The notes beneath the pieces are model-generated. The model saw nothing but the letters and a program-made list of their open reading frames with translations, ran no database searches and had not been told where the DNA came from. A stretch of DNA of 64,000 nucleotides from Paragordius varius (Eukaryota; Animalia; Nematomorpha). Both the position numbers and the translations under genes were made by a program. The DNA is taken from assembly GCA_964247055.1 (NCBI GenBank), contig OZ176055.1, positions 8,742,001 to 8,806,000 on the forward strand, read 5' to 3'. This document shows, in pieces, positions 52,000 through 63,757 of this stretch (within the stretch, counting starts at the first letter, position 1; the number at the start of each line of letters is the position of its first letter).

Positions 52000-53889
52000 T
52001 TAAATGTCACTTTACATATTTCCCGTTAATTTTACCAGAAACTAATTGTCAATATTAGCTGTTGAATAAATAAATTATTCCTAATACTTTGCGAATTCCC
52101 CAACTAAAGTGTGAAATAAGCACTTATAAAAATGTATACTAAAAACGCTTTTATTAAATAAAAAACAACCAGTTTGCAACATTTCATAATGTTTTGCCCA
52201 AAGATTGCGATCATTCGATGCCGTTAAAATATTGATTGGAGTGGGATTCACACATTGTTGGGAATAATGTAAAATGTGTTCAAGTGATTTTTGTAATTGG
52301 TTCTCATCATATATTTCTAGACGCCACATCTAAACAAAAATTTGTCAGAAAAAAATCATTTTTTTTCTTGTTAATTAGAATAATGCAAGTAAAAAAGTAT
52401 AAAACCTTTATTACATTAATTATTTAATTGGTAAATAGAGAAAATTAATGTATATTTATATATATTAAATTATCGCCCATTTATTTAAATATACACTTTT
52501 TAACGTGCAATTAGACCAGAGAAGGGGTGTCCAACACAAATGGCTTCGTTTGAATATGGACATTAAAAAATATTTTATTAAATTTTAAACATAAGAAGAC
52601 TTTAATACCATATTTATTAAACATTTTTTTTGCTAGTTCATTGCCAAATTCTGGAAGAACTACTAAATTTATTTTAACATTTTTTGCTAGTTTTTTGCCG
52701 TTTATTGCCAAATTCTGAAGATTTATTCGGAAAATTTGTTAAAAAATAATTTTACTTGGATTTCGCAAAAAATTTTATATTTGAAATTCTAGGGGCTCAG
52801 AAATATTTTCAAATGCCGCGAGTTGTCAACCCCTGAATTAGAACAGTAAAAAAATATTTGCTTACAGAATATTTGCAATTTTTCTCGTTATACAACTATT
52901 GGAAACATTTTTTATTATTTTTCTTGATTATTAAAACTAAAAATTAGAGTAATTATATCTAATATTAGCAAAAAAGTTTTTTATTACAAAATTAAATATC
53001 ATTAATATATCATTTACAGTTTTAATTCACCCTTGAACAATTCAAATTTACCTAAATTTCATTTTTTTTAAATTAAAAATAATATTTGTAATCTTAAATA
53101 ATACTTAATTTATTTTAGGGTGAATTTGAATTTTTTAAGGGTGAAGTTGAATTGTAAATGTTATATTTGTCTAAATTCGAAAATCGACATATAACCAAGA
53201 CACATAATAAAGTCATATATTTAATATAATTTTTAATTACCTTGTTATTGCACATCACAACAATGTATTCGGAGTTATATATTGGAAGTTTAGTAATAAA
53301 CGACATTTCATCTTTCTCAAACATAGGAACGCGACAATTATTAAATATAAGATTGTATTGTGAAAAACATAAAGGATGTTTAGACGCTTTTTCCAGCATA
53401 TCATACCTTTTATTAACGACTGCCTTTTTAAAATCCTGAATAGCTTTAATAGCTAAAGCTATAGTTCTAAATAAAAATTATATAAATATATGAATACTTA
53501 ATATATTCAGCATCGTTATTATACCGAAATGTGGGAAACATGATACCAGGATTAGAATTTATTACTAAACTGTTACGACATTTTAGATATGCTTCTTCTA
53601 ACCACCAATCGTATAACTAGATTAGGCATAAATAAAAAACCCAATTGTCCTCGGTTTTTACTAATGAAACAAGTTTTGACTGAAGTTCAGAACCATACTC
53701 GACAAATCTCTTGATAAAATTTTGTGAAGGACAATCACTAAAAGGTTTTAAGCTTTCAACTAATCTTTTTTCAGTTTTTTCTAACGAAGGTATCGGCAAT
53801 CGAGGCAAAACTGCTGCCTCAGAGTGAAAAAAATTGGAGCATCTCGTTATTATTAAGCCATGTGATGTAATACGATTGCGGATAAACAT
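45756..53889 (-). CDS. CRAT: Carnitine O-acetyltransferase (choline/carnitine acyltransferase family), 12 exons, ~623 aa
   Basis: Exons 53889-53641, 53616-53498, 53466-53241, 52329-52170, 51206-51028, 49770-49667, 49337-49206, 48839-48717, 48178-48033, 47717-47644, 46604-46464 and 45974-45756. Motifs [22 protein letters not shown], catalytic YEHTVAEG (CrAT-like rather than the ChAT EHSPFDG), [44 protein letters not shown]. Confidence 0.92.
46880..47290 (+). mobile_element. RTE-like C-terminal remnant in a CRAT intron
   Basis: SETWALT near 46890, RW near 47060 and [10 protein letters not shown] near 47230, in shifting frames. Confidence 0.55.
49814..50037. mobile_element. Foldback-like MITE family B copy
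   Basis: Three ATTC.AATTCACCCT units on the left, AGGGTGAATTTGAATTG on the right, and the shared core GGGCTTATATAACTCATCATTAATATGAA. Confidence 0.75.
50142..50413. mobile_element. Tc1/mariner-like MITE family C (272 bp); related pieces at ~38355-38620, ~46625-46720, ~39535, ~39646 and ~63915-63960
   Basis: TIRs CAGTAAAAATTGAAATTATAC / GTATAATTTCAATTTTTACTG with TA on the left flank. GGACAAAAC...AAAAGACAACCATA recurs in other copies. Confidence 0.75.
50620..50980. repeat. Diverged ~200-bp tandem duplication
   Basis: TTTATAAAACTTAAAC...AGTAATGTTGTAT...TTCCCTTAAATAACTAAACTAAACTTTAAA occurs at ~50620-50770 and ~50820-50980. Confidence 0.75.
51231..51740. mobile_element. Foldback-like MITE family B copy with a greatly expanded left arm
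   Basis: More than ten degenerate AACAATTCAAATTCACCCT units over 51240-51530, then the family core, then GTGAATTTGA units at ~51705-51735. Confidence 0.8.
51966..51996. repeat. (AT)15 microsatellite
   Basis: Direct reading. Confidence 0.9.
52517..52835. mobile_element. hAT-type MITE family D (CAGGGGTGTCCAAC-type ends); related copies or fragments at 58675-58955, ~60023-60305 and 20977-21007 (reverse)
   Basis: Left CAGAGAAGGGGTGTCCAACACAAATGGCTTCG, right GTTGTCAACCCCTG. Flanks AATTAGAC / AATTAGAA are a 7/8 TSD. CCAACAC(A/T)(A/T)ATGGC..GCGGGC is shared by the other copies. Confidence 0.8.
53006..53165. mobile_element. Short foldback-like MITE family B copy
   Basis: CATTTACAG...ATTCACCCTTGAACAATTCAAAT and AGGGTGAATTTGAATT...TGTAAATG. 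Confidence 0.7.
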
Positions 53890-54277
53890 CTGTTAAAATA
53901 TGAAATTTTATTATAATAATATGAATTATTCCTTTATTAATTTTTGTGCAAAAATATCAAAATTTTAAAATTATCATTTTTAATTTTGTAAATTCTCTTA
54001 CATTTTGAATTATTATTTGTTAGCACAAACTTTAAAACGGAGATTAATTTAGAAAACAATATTTTATTAACCAGAACTAGCCATATCTAACAGAGAGTTT
54101 TGTTGCATAAACCCATCACAGTCATTAATTCACATTACAAACGCAATAATTGATTAAGAAAAACTCTTAAATCATATTTCTAGTACTGATTAATATATTA
54201 GGGTATAAACTTGATGCTCCTCACAATATTTTTATTAATATTGAATATTGTTGTTTGATTCGGCTTTATAATAATTC

Positions 54278-54507
54278 ATCGAATTATTAATCAATGCATT
54301 TATTCCGAATCAACTCAATTAAGACTGGTAAACTAGGTATTATAACTCATTGGTCCTGCGTTAGGAAGTTTTTTAACAACCGCTTAGTAATAATCGAATT
54401 ATTAATCAATGCATTTATTCCGAATCAACTCAATTAAGACTGGTAAACTAGGTATTATAACTCATTGGTCCTGCGTTAGAAAGTTTTTTAACAACCGCTT
54501 AGTAATA
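54278..54507. repeat. Near-perfect 115-bp tandem duplication upstream of CRAT
   Basis: Units 54278-54392 and 54393-54507, with one visible mismatch (GTTAGGAAG vs GTTAGAAAG). Confidence 0.93.
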
Positions 54508-57265
54508 AACCAACGTGGTAGGTAAAATTGGAAATTCTCGAATCGAGTGGAAATTTCTGATGTGATTTTAAGTTTTTAATTTTAAATATCAGAAAAATAA
54601 TGCAAATGTAAAAAATTCTTTATGAATTTAGCTAACCCTAATATGAAATTATAAACTGTTACAAAGCATATTAAATTACACACAACTGCGATTCAGCTAA
54701 ATTAAATTTTAGGATCGTGGATTTTTTATAAACATGTTTATTAAATTTAGTGTCCCGACCTTAATTTCGGTAAGACCCCCCATTCAAATTTCGATGGGAT
54801 AAATGCTAAAGTACAACTGAGTTTTAATTCTCCTATCTGTTTTGTACCACTACGCTTTAGAATGGGCGTTTTAAAAAAAAATAAACCAATATTCTGATAA
54901 ATCACGTTTCAAAAAACGTGCAACATACAGTTTTAATATTTTTGCGAAAACGCTGGATGTGGCCGAGTCGTCTATTAGTTTATAAGGTAATTTATAAAAA
55001 GATGTGTAATGATAATATTATGAGAGAATGCGACCCATAAAGGGATATGAATATCTAGTATACCCATTTATGCTGGCTTATTCACATTATAGTTGGTCGA
55101 TTGGTACCACAGTAGTGTATGGAAAAAACAAAATGTGGAAATCAAACAATTTTTTCCCTTACAAAATGAGGCGTTGAAAATCCAATAATATTTTTATTTT
55201 TTTACCAAATAATTAAATTTTAATGGCAATAAAATTTTCACAAACGTTTATTTTATTAATAGATGTATGACTGAATTTGCACATAGTTATGCACATGATA
55301 TAAAAAAAGTTTTTTATTTAATCGCATTCAATATTTACGCTATATGATGTACATAAAAATTCGCAATTATTAAATAACACTTCATTTTATTTTCTTTTGT
55401 CCTAATTTACCTTTTGGGGTATTTTTATGTCTTAAAGCTCAATCATAATTAAAATACATTTGGAGGTTATTTTAATCAAAATTTAAATTATCAAACATAG
55501 TTCTCATGTATTAGATAATAAAGCTTATAGTTTTTTTTATAGTTTTTGACTTCTAGAGGTTAATGTTGGGCAGCTCCATACGATTGAAACGAACATCTGA
55601 TATTAAAATAAAAATATATCAAGTTTTGGCTGGTAAATTTAGCAAAGTGTTTAAGGTTATTTATTTATATTTTTAACCATAAAACATATTTATTTGCCTG
55701 TTGCAATAGCGATAAAAACATCTATGGAAAAAAGTTTGAGATGATGAATTTGTTACAATTTTAAGTTTTTTGGGAAAATAATGATGTATAATAAGCTTAA
55801 TTTTTAATCACCTTGTACCTTAGATACTTTTTAAGATCAAATTTGTAATATTTCTAAAATATAAAACCAGGTAATGGAGTGTTAAATAAAGCAATATAAA
55901 AATTTATTATAATCCTGTGTGTCAGATAGATAATAATTCACCAACCACATATTGATTTTAGAATTTTCAAGTTCATATTTATTTTTATTCAGTTTATGCG
56001 GGGGGAAATGTCATTTGAGATATATTCGTAAATAATGTGTATAATAAAATAACCACACCAATACTTCCCAAAAAAGGGTGTTTTTCAAAGATTTTATAAT
56101 AATAAATAAATGGCAACACATGTTTAAAATACAGTATCGGGTGATATTGAGGCCATATCTATTTTAAATTGCTAAAACATTATTCAGTTTACATTCTGTT
56201 GCTATGTTTTATATAATTCGTTACATATTTGATCAAAACTGTATTTATTTGTGAAAATTTTTAAAACGAAACTAAAAAAACTAAAATCTCAAGCATGGCT
56301 ACTGATATTGTAAAAATATAAATTACAGACATGAGCTAATAGCGCTCATAACTGTATATATTTCATCTCCCTTCCCTAATGAACACAAATAGTTTTTGTA
56401 TTATAAGATTTAAGTTAAAAATGACACCGCTATCTAACCCATCACCCCCTTAATATTTTATTAAAAGTTTTAATAGATTATACAAGAGTCAGGATGATTG
56501 GATCACAAAACATTCAAAGAGCATTTTTAATATATATGCCTTTTTAGTGTAATTTTCAGTCATTAAGCAACATTTAGCTTTATGTTTTAACAATCAATAT
56601 TTATTATTTTAGGTGATAAATCAGTGGTTCCCGAAAGGGAGAAATAGAAAATTTTGAGGTAAAGCCTAAAATTGATGTTTATAAACACAATGTTTACTAT
56701 TATTATTTGATAAATGGTTTATTTGATATTATTTAATTTAAAATTTAAATAAAGTTCCACTATTGGGTATAATCAAATTGCATAGTTAGTTAAATTCAAA
56801 AATATTGTATCTATTTTTTATTTTATTGGGTCTTACTAAATATTATAATATAACAAATAAACTATTGAAAAGCTAAAAATACAAATGTTAATAATTCGGT
56901 TTTTATCTTACTTTTTTGGGAGAAAAAATAAGGGGAAATTTTTTTTCGATTTGGTGAAACCTAATTTAAATTATATTCTTCAAATATATCTCAAAAAATT
57001 AAAAGTCTTAGTTTGGCTAAAATCGCGTATTCAATAAATTAAAGGAAAGTAAATTTCAAAGATTTTAATTATCAATACCTTATTCCTATTTTTGTACCAT
57101 ATAAACCACAGATATACCAATACTAAAAGATTGGTTACACACTGAAATATCATTATTACAAATATTATTATAAAATTAAATTTATTTATTCGTACAAAGA
57201 ATAGTGTTTTGCCTCTGTAAAAATTTTATCTAAACTGTTTATTTAACAAAGAAATGCAGGCAAAT

Positions 57266-59620
57266 TTAAAAAATTAAATTTTCGGATGTACACATATCAC
57301 TTTTGCAACAGGTAACTTGCACATCAGACCCAACATCTGCACACAAAGCCTTTTCAAGATCTGGACTTAGGCATCTACATATATTAATTTACAAAAAATA
57401 TATTATCTTTTAATTTATTTCACTAAATATTATGCTAGCACATCACATTTGTAAAAGTCAGAGTTGTTTCGTAAAGCCAAATATGAAAATTTTCGCTTTT
57501 TTATGTTTTTTGCGAAAACGGATTTTTCTACCTGATGTCGAGTTTTTGTCAAAAAACTTATATGACCACCCTGTTTGATTTCCATTCACATAGTCTTAAA
57601 AATTATTTTAAAAGCAATTAAATATTTTATGAAGGTGTATATTATTCTTATTGACATTTAAGGTTAAGAATTGATGATTTAGCAATGTTACACCAAATGT
57701 TTACCTTAAAATGCCGTTATTTTTTTCTACTAAGCTCAACTGACAATCGAACTATTACTACTCATCGTGATATATCATCTAATCTATATATTTTTACATA
57801 TAAATTTAAATATATAATAATAATCTAAAAGGCAATATCGATTCGAAAACTACTCGTGACATATGGTTTAAACTCAACAGTTTAAGTTAATGGCATAAAA
57901 CAACAATAAACATTTCAAAAAATTGTATTAAATTTAAACAATTATTCACATACCTCCATTTTTATTCTTTTTACAGCTGACGACGGCCATCCTTATATAG
58001 TTTCCAAACCCGACACTTTTTATTCATTATTTTATACACGATTTTAAATGAATTGGCATAAACTTTTTTAACATCATATATTTTAAAAAAATTTGAAAGT
58101 ACTTTTTAGATATTGTATTATTTAATAAAAATTTCGTTTTTCAGGTTTATTTAGAAATAATTAATTATGTCGTAAAATTGATTTTTTTTCTGCGAAAGAT
58201 CAAGTGAAATTTTGGTGTATACTGAATTCTTGGATTAATTTTATATGTTTTCCTTATTCGTTAATTATATTGGTAAAGTAAAAACACTTTTTTGAGGTGC
58301 TTTTTAGATACTTTAGCTCATGGGAGGATGAAAAATACCATAAAACGTATATTCACAAATTATTTAAACACTATATACAAGTTCATTAGGATCATATATC
58401 GTCGATGATAGTTTTATTCTAAACTAAATAAAAATAACGGTATTTAACGGTAAAATTCAGGCCTTATAGACCTATTGATGCATCTATAAGAAAAAAACAT
58501 TAAATACAGTATGCATTTTAATGGTTGCTTATTTCACAATATATTTTTCGCAACACAGTAGTGTATGGAAAAATCAACAAAATGTTGAATAAACAAACTT
58601 TTCCTTTCTTTTTTCAATAAACTACTGTGTAACAATTTGCCCCACTATAGTGTGAAATAAGGAACCATTAAAATTAGGGGTGTCCAACACATATGGCTTT
58701 GCGGGCTGCATTTGAAATTTATATGGGCATACTTAATTTTTATTATATTTCCCAAATAAATTTGTAAGATGCGAATACAAATTAACATTTTTTTCTAGTT
58801 CTTGCGAGTAGGATGAATTTTATTTTAGCAAAAATGTATAGAAAAAATATTAATTTTACAAAGATTTTGTTGTGGGCATATTTAGGCAAATTGGATTGCT
58901 AATTTTTCTCTGACCTCACATGAGGTTTCAGAGGGCTACGCCTTAAACAACCCTGATTTAAAAAATTATCCAGCATTTGTGGAAAAATTCTTTAACAAAA
59001 TATTAGGAAATAGATTATAACCTATCCAAACACAATCCTCTTTAATTTTTACAAATGTATAGTGTGGAACATAGCAAGTTGTTTTTGAAGTTTTTACGAC
59101 TGGTCAAGTTTTTTTTTCAATTTGATTATAATGTTACCCTTATTTTTTCTTTTTAGAAAATTTAAATTAGTGTTATTTATCACACTATAAGATTTAGTGT
59201 TTATTTGCCTAATTTTAATCATAAAAGTAATAAGACACTAAACCCATTTTGTTTAAAACGGTTTTTTCAAAAAAATTATAAACTTACGCAACTTTAGCTA
59301 CAAAATAATTATTTTTAAATTTAAATCCCACCTAAATGCTAATTTATTTCAAGCACAATGATTAATTTTAATCATCAAAAAACTCAATTCTCTGATATGT
59401 AGCTTTAAAAAATAAATTATTTATTAGAAAACCTGTATTGAAGATTCTTTTTGAATTTGAAAAGGGCACACGATCCATCTGTAGAACAAAAGCCTAAATC
59501 TTGCGGGTGATTACTTTTACAAATTAAATCTAAGCGTTAGATAATTATAATACTATTTGTGATGGCCGATATTTGGAATGAGAAAATAAGGAATAAAATG
59601 AATGATATACAATGTTTCAT
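57266..59620 (-). CDS. Secreted 90-aa three-finger (activin-receptor-ectodomain/LU-like) protein, 3 exons
   Basis: Exons 59620-59554, 59529-59433 and 57374-57266 (GT-AG, phases 1 and 2) give MKHCISFILFLIFSFQISAITNNLICKSNHPQDLGFCSTDGSCALFKFKKNLQYRCLSPDLEKALCADVGSDVQVTCCKSDMCTSENLIF*. It has a signal peptide, 8 mature Cys, a CC-x4-C box, and AATAAA (plus-strand 57238-57243) just after the stop. Confidence 0.8.
58521..58668. mobile_element. Small MITE family E (~148 bp); related pieces at ~55075-55170 and ~52095-52122
   Basis: ATGGTTGCTTATTTCACA / TGTGAAATAAGGAACCAT (17/18) plus a perfect inner pair ACACAGTAGT / ACTACTGTGT. Confidence 0.75.
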
Positions 59621-61926
59621 CGCTAAAATTTTAAAGGAAAAAGTATAATTTAAGGATATATCCCCTTTTGATTAATTGATTATACAATTTGTCTTTATTT
59701 ATTTATTTATGTATTTATTAAAGGAGAGGCCTTGATAGAATTTGATTTGCTCAATGTTTAATGTCATTTTAAAATACAAACAAGGACAAATATCAAGAAG
59801 CAAGTGTCATACATAGTTTAACAAATATTGACCGATAGAGATATAAGCTACTCAATGTAGGCTAAAGGTCAAATTGTAGAAATCAATGTAAACTGGAGGT
59901 ATAGATTGGGCTAAAACATCGTGCTTTAAAAATAAAATCTTTACATACTATTTTATTAATGAAATTACCCGATTTCAGGGAATAGTTTCCACATTAAAAA
60001 ACTCATTAAATATTGTCTAAATCATGGGGGGATCCAACACAAATGGCTTCGCGGGCCGCATTTATGGATCAAATCCGGCGGGAATTATAAAATAATTTAT
60101 TAGATTTTAGACCTCAGACTGTAAAACTATTTATTTTAATATTTTTTGTTAGTTCCATGCCAAAATTCGGAAAAATTTATCATAAAATTTATTTAAGAAA
60201 CAAATTATATCAAAAAATTGTTCGAGAAATTAAATTTTTTTTAGATTCCGTAAATTTTTCATTTGATTCCCGCGGGCCGTAGAAACATTTTTAAGGGCCG
60301 CACGTAATTTTTTAACGTATTTTATACATGAGCGTGCAAAATGTGTAAAAGACAAATAAATTAATTTTATAAAGATGATCACAACTTTTAAACAATAAAA
60401 AATGGAACCGAAAACGTTTTGGGACCCGTTTTGAAATTCAAAAAATATTAAAAACATCTTCAATACTGTATTGTATATAATCTATTTTTTATAAATCATG
60501 ATGTGCATTTTTGTAGAAAAGTATCATACAATACTACATTTTTGTAAATACTTATGAGACAAAATAAATTAATGAAACTATCTTAAAATATTTTTTTTAA
60601 TTATTTACTACCTAAACTCACTATTAAAATAAGTAAAATAAATTCTATATCAAAATAAAACCAAAAATATTGTTTTTTATTTTTGCATTTTTTTGTCATC
60701 TGGTTTATAAGTATAAAAAAATTTATACTGTTTTATTTTGGATTCTTACATGATTAGGAATTATCAAGTATATAATTTATGCAAAATAATATTGGAATAG
60801 TGGATTAAGGATACAAAAAATAATGATGAAATTTGAATTATTATGGTTTATTATCATTTTAGGAGATATTTTCAATTTATAAATAGCCTAAAATCGTATA
60901 GTTTGGGTTTCTATAAAATTTCAGGTCAAAAGATGGCGTTTTTCTTTTAGTCTGTTTTATGACAAATTAATATTTGTATTGGGATTTGTACGGATTGTTG
61001 GTTGATAACTTTTTGCCCAATTTCGATTTTCTCTCAATATTTCAAAAACTAGGTTATCAACAAATAAAAAATTTTGCGGCAAATGAATACGCTGGTCATA
61101 AGCTATCTCGTATATATATATATATTTAATAATATTTGAACTTATGTTAAAACTGCGATCACTTAAGATAGAATTTTGTAGAAAATAATAATTTCAAAAA
61201 TCCTAATTTTAGTTTATCAATCTTTTTCGTATATTTTATATATCATTTCTTGCGTTTAATTATCTCACATTATTTCCAATTAAAGCTTTAAGATTAAAAA
61301 CAAATTTGTTAATAAAATAAATTACAAAGAAAAACGTAATCAAGTACAAAATTTAAAATTTAATTACACTAATTGACATTTTATATTTATGTAAACCACC
61401 CTTTGTAGACAAAAGTACAGTAAAAAAAGAAAACACAAAACACCACATGCATATGAGGAATAATAATATGCAAAATAAACCACACACCCCATATTGAAAA
61501 TTTGAATATCCGTACACGAATTTAACAAAAAAGTTAAAAAAAACTATGTTGAAACCACATTTCCTCCCAACTTACAAAGTTATTTTAGTATAATTTTTTA
61601 GCCGGGTGATATTGAAAGAGAATCGTTTCGAAAATACCTGGAAAAGGAGGGTGTAATGGATGTTTTAACACAAAGTTTTTTTTTTAATTTTATATCTCAC
61701 TAATGTAGTTTTGTACAAAATGTATGAACTTGAGGAAAGACCTGCAAATCCAATAAAGTATAATATATAAATTTATTTAATATTTTTCTATTATATAATT
61801 AATTTATAAAATAACAGATATATAAAAGATGAATTGAATAATTTGTTAGAAAAGGTCGGCGGTAGTTGATTATGGGACACTGAAAAATATGGAAATAATT
61901 ATATGCTCAAAATACAGAAACTTTAC

Positions 61927-63115
61927 TCAATAATTATCTAATAAATGGTAATTATTTTTTCGTAGAAACAACAATTTGGATCTTTCTTTTTCCAGTTGGC
62001 TTTCTAATTCTAACACTTTGATCTATATTACATAGAAAATATAATTATTTTTTCTATCTATTTTACCGTTAACATTTCATTAAATAAATTTTTAAGAGTA
62101 ATCTAGGGTTTAATTTGTAAAAAAGATATGATAAAATATTTTGTCTTACCATATTTATTTTATCATTTTTTCGAAAATACCATTTGTATCCAATAAGTTA
62201 ACAGCTGATTTTAACAAAAAAGTTTTATTTTAGCTAAAAACCATATAAATTTTTTATTTTCAAGCTTTATATGCAATGCGAAAACCCCCAAATAATATTT
62301 GCAAACAAAATGTTTAATGTGTTATAATTTTCATATTTTTCGATATTGTTGCAAAAAGATGCACATTTAAGCCAAATATCATATACGTTTTTTGAAATAT
62401 ATTTAAAATGGAAATCACCCCCAGAGCATTCAAATAATATACCTGTGTTTCCATTTCCAACATTTTAGCTTGGTGCATGGTTAAATTGGTTAAATTAATT
62501 TCCATATTCCGTTGATATAGGGTAATGTACAAGGATTGTAGGGATGAAAGTATGGATTGAATTTTGTCGTTTATAATTTTTGATGTGGAATACATATGAT
62601 GATAGTTTTCATCTAAAGTTTCTGTGGTTTGAAAAAATATTTTGATTTACAATCTTTTAAGTAATTAATGATTTTACAAAGAATATATATGTATTAGGAT
62701 ATTGAAATTTTTTGCTGGGATCTATGATGGCTACCTTTTGTCAATAATATCATAAATTTAAAGGCTATAAAAAACAGGAAAGTAAAACCTACGACTCATT
62801 TTTCAGAGATCGAAAGAGAACTAGTTTCCCTTTGTAACATAGTAAAAAAATTTTTTTGTAAAGGTCTGCATTCATATGAAATTTTCTTCCACTGATTTTT
62901 CAATTATACTTTAATCTATATATTTATAAAAATGGAAAATGCTGGCTTTGTGATCTGGTACCGGAAAACCGGTAGACACATTCAAATCCAAACTTCGAAA
63001 AAATATAATCATTAATGAATGCCCCGACAATAGCTTTGCACTTTTTTTGAAATAGTCCCCCCCAGAAGTCCGAAGGACTTCCTCGCGCTGCTACGCAGCA
63101 CGAGATTTACGCTAG

Positions 63116-63156
<41 letters not shown>

Positions 63157-63757
63157 GTTTGTTTTGCCTACAAATAATATTTTTGTTTCAGCTTTTTCGT
63201 TTTTATTTGTATAATTTAATCGAGAAGGCATTGTTCTTGTAATTAATTATTTCCGATAAGCAAAATATTCCAATAAAAGGTCAGAAGACAGTATTTTTTA
63301 TTTTGTTTCAATTAGTAAAATATATAAAAGTATTTAATTAAAATGGAAAAATGAAACATGCCAAGAATAGTTAATAAACAGATTAATTAATATTTCCTAA
63401 CAATTACTTAAATAAACACGTATAAAACTAAAATTTAAACGTGGGTTAGAGTTTCTTAAAACTCATGCATATACCCTATTTTTATCTCAGGATATACTCA
63501 AATGATCAAAATTATCACATTAAAATGGTTTAACCTAGATTTTTACAAAAAAATTTATATGTAATATACCTTTAATATTTGTTGTCGAGATTTTCGTTTC
63601 TAATGAATCGCATCTTTTTGCAATTTGACTATTTTTAACTTTGGCTGACCAAATAAGATGGGCCAAATTTTTGGTGACCTCTTTTGCCAACGTTATAATT
63701 TCTTCAAATTTTATGGACGTGTCCACCTTCTTATCTGTTAGTTTGTGCACATTTTCG
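61927..63757 (-). CDS. HIP1: 3' end of a Huntingtin-interacting protein 1 / Sla2-like gene (I/LWEQ, THATCH domain); last 3 exons only
   Basis: Exons 63757-63570, 62621-62443 and 62022-61927. KFEEIITLAKEVTKNLAHLIWSAKVK and TMHQAKMLEMETQ|IKVLELESQLEKERSKLLFLRKNNY match the HIP1 patterns KFEEL.V...EIAASTAQLV.AS.VK and EM..QV.VLELE..L..ER..L..LRK..Y. Confidence 0.85.
62915..63115 (+). mobile_element. Complete 201-bp mini-Helitron in a HIP1 intron
   Basis: A|TCTATATATTTATAAAAATG ... hairpin CTCGCGCTGC-TAC-GCAGCACGAG ... GCTAG|T. The first ~135 bp match the 5' ends of the two long copies. Confidence 0.9.
63118..63154. repeat. (AT)n microsatellite directly after the Helitron CTAG end
   Basis: Direct reading. 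Confidence 0.9.

Noticed and set aside
53400-53410. Donor-like AG|GTATGA inside CRAT exon 3
   Set aside because: The frame reads through and the spacing to the PLC..QY motif matches the family without an intron.
55990-56160. ~55-codon open frame on the minus strand after an AG
   Set aside because: No motif or linked exons; frames of this length are expected by chance across 64 kb.
57704-57752. Alternative phase-2 exon (FDCQLSLVEKNNGILR) for the three-finger gene
   Set aside because: It starts in phase 0 and has no compatible upstream donor; exon 2 already joins exon 3 correctly.
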